A stretch of 64,000 nt of DNA, taken from assembly GCA_964188305.1 (NCBI GenBank), contig OZ076890.1; one strand, 5' to 3'. The number at the start of each line of letters is the position of its first letter. The stretch's first letter is position 1. Made by a program: the position numbers and the translations under genes. The notes below the pieces were generated by a model. The model saw only the letters and a list, made by a program, of their open reading frames with translations, searched no databases and had not been told where the DNA came from. Of this stretch, positions 62,200 to 64,000 are shown piece after piece. The stretch comes from Podarcis bocagei. Taxonomy: Eukaryota.

Positions 62200-63912
62200 A
62201 GCAGGTATATTTAAGAAGCTTTTATTTAAAAATACACAAAACACATGGTTTCAGTTCTTTAGATAGAAAAGCATTTTCTTTGTTCTTTTCAACTTAATTT
62301 ATAGATTTAAAGCTCCAGAAGTGTATTTTTGAAAGATCAGATTTAGGCTGTGCACACCCCATACATTTAACCACCTCTGCCCAGTGCCGGATTTACATAT
62401 AGCCTAAAAAGAGCTATATAGCTTGGGGCCCTACTCTCTTGGAGGCCTCCAAAAAATTTAAAGGAAAAAACGATGTATATTTCCAATATATAAGATGAAC
62501 TGAAATACAATTGAGAAGATGTTTAACAATTACTTTGATAAAATACATATTTTGTTATGTGCAAATGGCTTTAGATACCTATTAGGTCCATAAATTACCA
62601 TATAGCATATATCCAACACAAAAAAGAGCGACAATTTGTTGTTGACAAAGGACAGCTGGACATACAAAGGGCCTCATCAAACCTAAATCCAGCCCAAGAA
62701 TTCTAGGATCTGTAGTTTAAGGGTGCTGGGAATTGCTCTGTAAGGGATAAACTACAGCTCCTGAGTTTGGGAAGTGGGTGTATGCAGCCTTAGTCCAGTA
62801 TGAGTTCTGATAAGCAGACTCTCACTTCCATTTTGCCGATAGAGATGTATGTGAACCCTTTTTGGATCAACCAGTCTGATAAGATGGGCAGAAGGAATAA
62901 AAATCCTCTATGAAACTAGGTAAGGGAAATAGATTCAAGGTATAAAATTCTCACAATAGGCATTTGCCTGGGAAAAAAGCATAATAGGCAGCTGTGACTT
63001 CCCACGTCCTAAGGCTACAACTCTAAACACACTATGGAGTAAATCCACTGGCTATTCCTTTGTGTAAACATGCTCCCCAGCTAATTCCCCCCTTGCTCCA
63101 CTGGTATTAAGCTTACTTAACCAGGACAGCAGCACCTGACAAGTTTGATCAGGATTCTGTCTTAACAGGAATTTGAAGCATCTACATTTAAAACAGGAGG
63201 TAATGTATTACTCATTTCAACCAACCATATATCCTGTGGAAGAAGAACCTACTTCTATTCTCTTAACTATGGGAACATACTGTCTGTGCCTGCCCATACT
63301 TCTCATGCAGCAGAAGTCAATTTTCATATTAAATCCCTTTAGCAGTGCATGTTTACTCAAAAGAATGCCCTACTGCACTCAGTCCAAGGTCAGTGGTGGT
63401 GCATGTTTTTGTATCTTGGCAAAAGAGTGTTTAAAAAGGTCCTTCGGGGCAGTGGTGATACACTGTATATCTCCTCCCCCAAACCCCAATTGCTATTTAT
63501 AAATAAAAACCCAAACCTATAACAAGAGGGGGGGGCAGTTAACCTGTTGGTGCTCAGAATTATCTGATGTTTTGGAACGAAATCCTTCCACATGAGCAAC
63601 ATTTTTAATGCACATTTAGCTTCAAAAAAACATCTTTCTCCAGAAAAGAAAAGGACTTTGAAATAGCCATCGCAACAGCTGGTCTTAAATTTTAACTGAG
63701 CAACAACATGGTGCCCAAGCTCTATAGCTATGTACACTTTGAAAGCTACAACTTGAAATTAGTTTTAAAAAGGAGCTTTGGTTTTTATGCTCATGTAAAA
63801 GTGGCATTTGTTGTAGAAGGCAACAGATTTCTGAACAGATCATCTTGAGAATGGTAATCAAGATTCCCCCTCGCCATGGAAATAGTTCTCCTCTTGCTAG
63901 ACTCAACTGTAG
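62200..63912 (-). other. CD247: Probable CD247 3' UTR
   Basis: Follows the TAG stop. First minus-strand AATAAA I found is at 62226..62221, with a pyrimidine-rich downstream tract; an ATTAAA alternative is at 63609..63604. Confidence 0.55.
62344..62792. mobile_element. Nested MITEs: a CAGTGCCGGATTTA...TAAATCCAGCCC element (62382..~62695) inside a TAGGCTGTGCACAC...GTGTATGCAGCCT element
   Basis: Two pairs of imperfect terminal inverted repeats. Confidence 0.6.
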
Positions 63913-63981
63913 CTAGTAAGGAGGTGGTAGGGGCTGCATTTGAAGGACATCGTATGTATCCTTCGTTGCTTTGCTGAGACC
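63913..63981 (-). CDS. CD247: CD247 (CD3 zeta / TCR zeta chain) last coding exon, GLSKATKDTYDVLQMQPLPPPY*
   Basis: Reverse complement tctttctttatcag|GGTCTCAGCAAAGCAACGAAGGATACATACGATGTCCTTCAAATGCAGCCCCTACCACCTCCTTACTAG. Matches mammalian [21 protein letters not shown] (second half of ITAM3). CD247 is the convergent neighbour of POU2F1 in mammals. Confidence 0.93.
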   Translation of the reverse strand, partial: GLSKATKDTYDVLQMQPLPPPY

Positions 63982-64000
63982 CTGATAAAGAAAGATGAGA

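Overview
Vertebrate genomic DNA from a squamate reptile. Sauria and Squam3-type SINEs, BovB, CR1 and L2 point to a lacertid lizard (inference from repeat content). The + strand holds nearly the whole POU2F1 (Oct-1) gene: the alternative 'L' first exon (MLDCSDYIL) with an octamer-rich upstream region, exons 2-16 with consistent GT-AG phases (2259 nt, 752 aa) and a probable ~13 kb 3' UTR. The ubiquitous first exon is not in the window. On the - strand at the far right end lies the last coding exon of CD247 (CD3 zeta), convergent with POU2F1. The main finding is a recognisable homologue of the mammalian CD3-eta alternative terminal exon on the - strand inside the distal POU2F1 3' UTR (DSLFQAV...PKG, then a frameshifted STHQSRQSCTNVFS...LWSP), with an AG acceptor retained. 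Other findings are a lizard CD3 zeta tail ending in a PPPY motif, a candidate poison exon in POU2F1 intron 2, and several nested or structurally variable transposons. There is a 137-N assembly gap at 48994-49130. Comparisons with mammalian proteins are from memory and need confirming by alignment.
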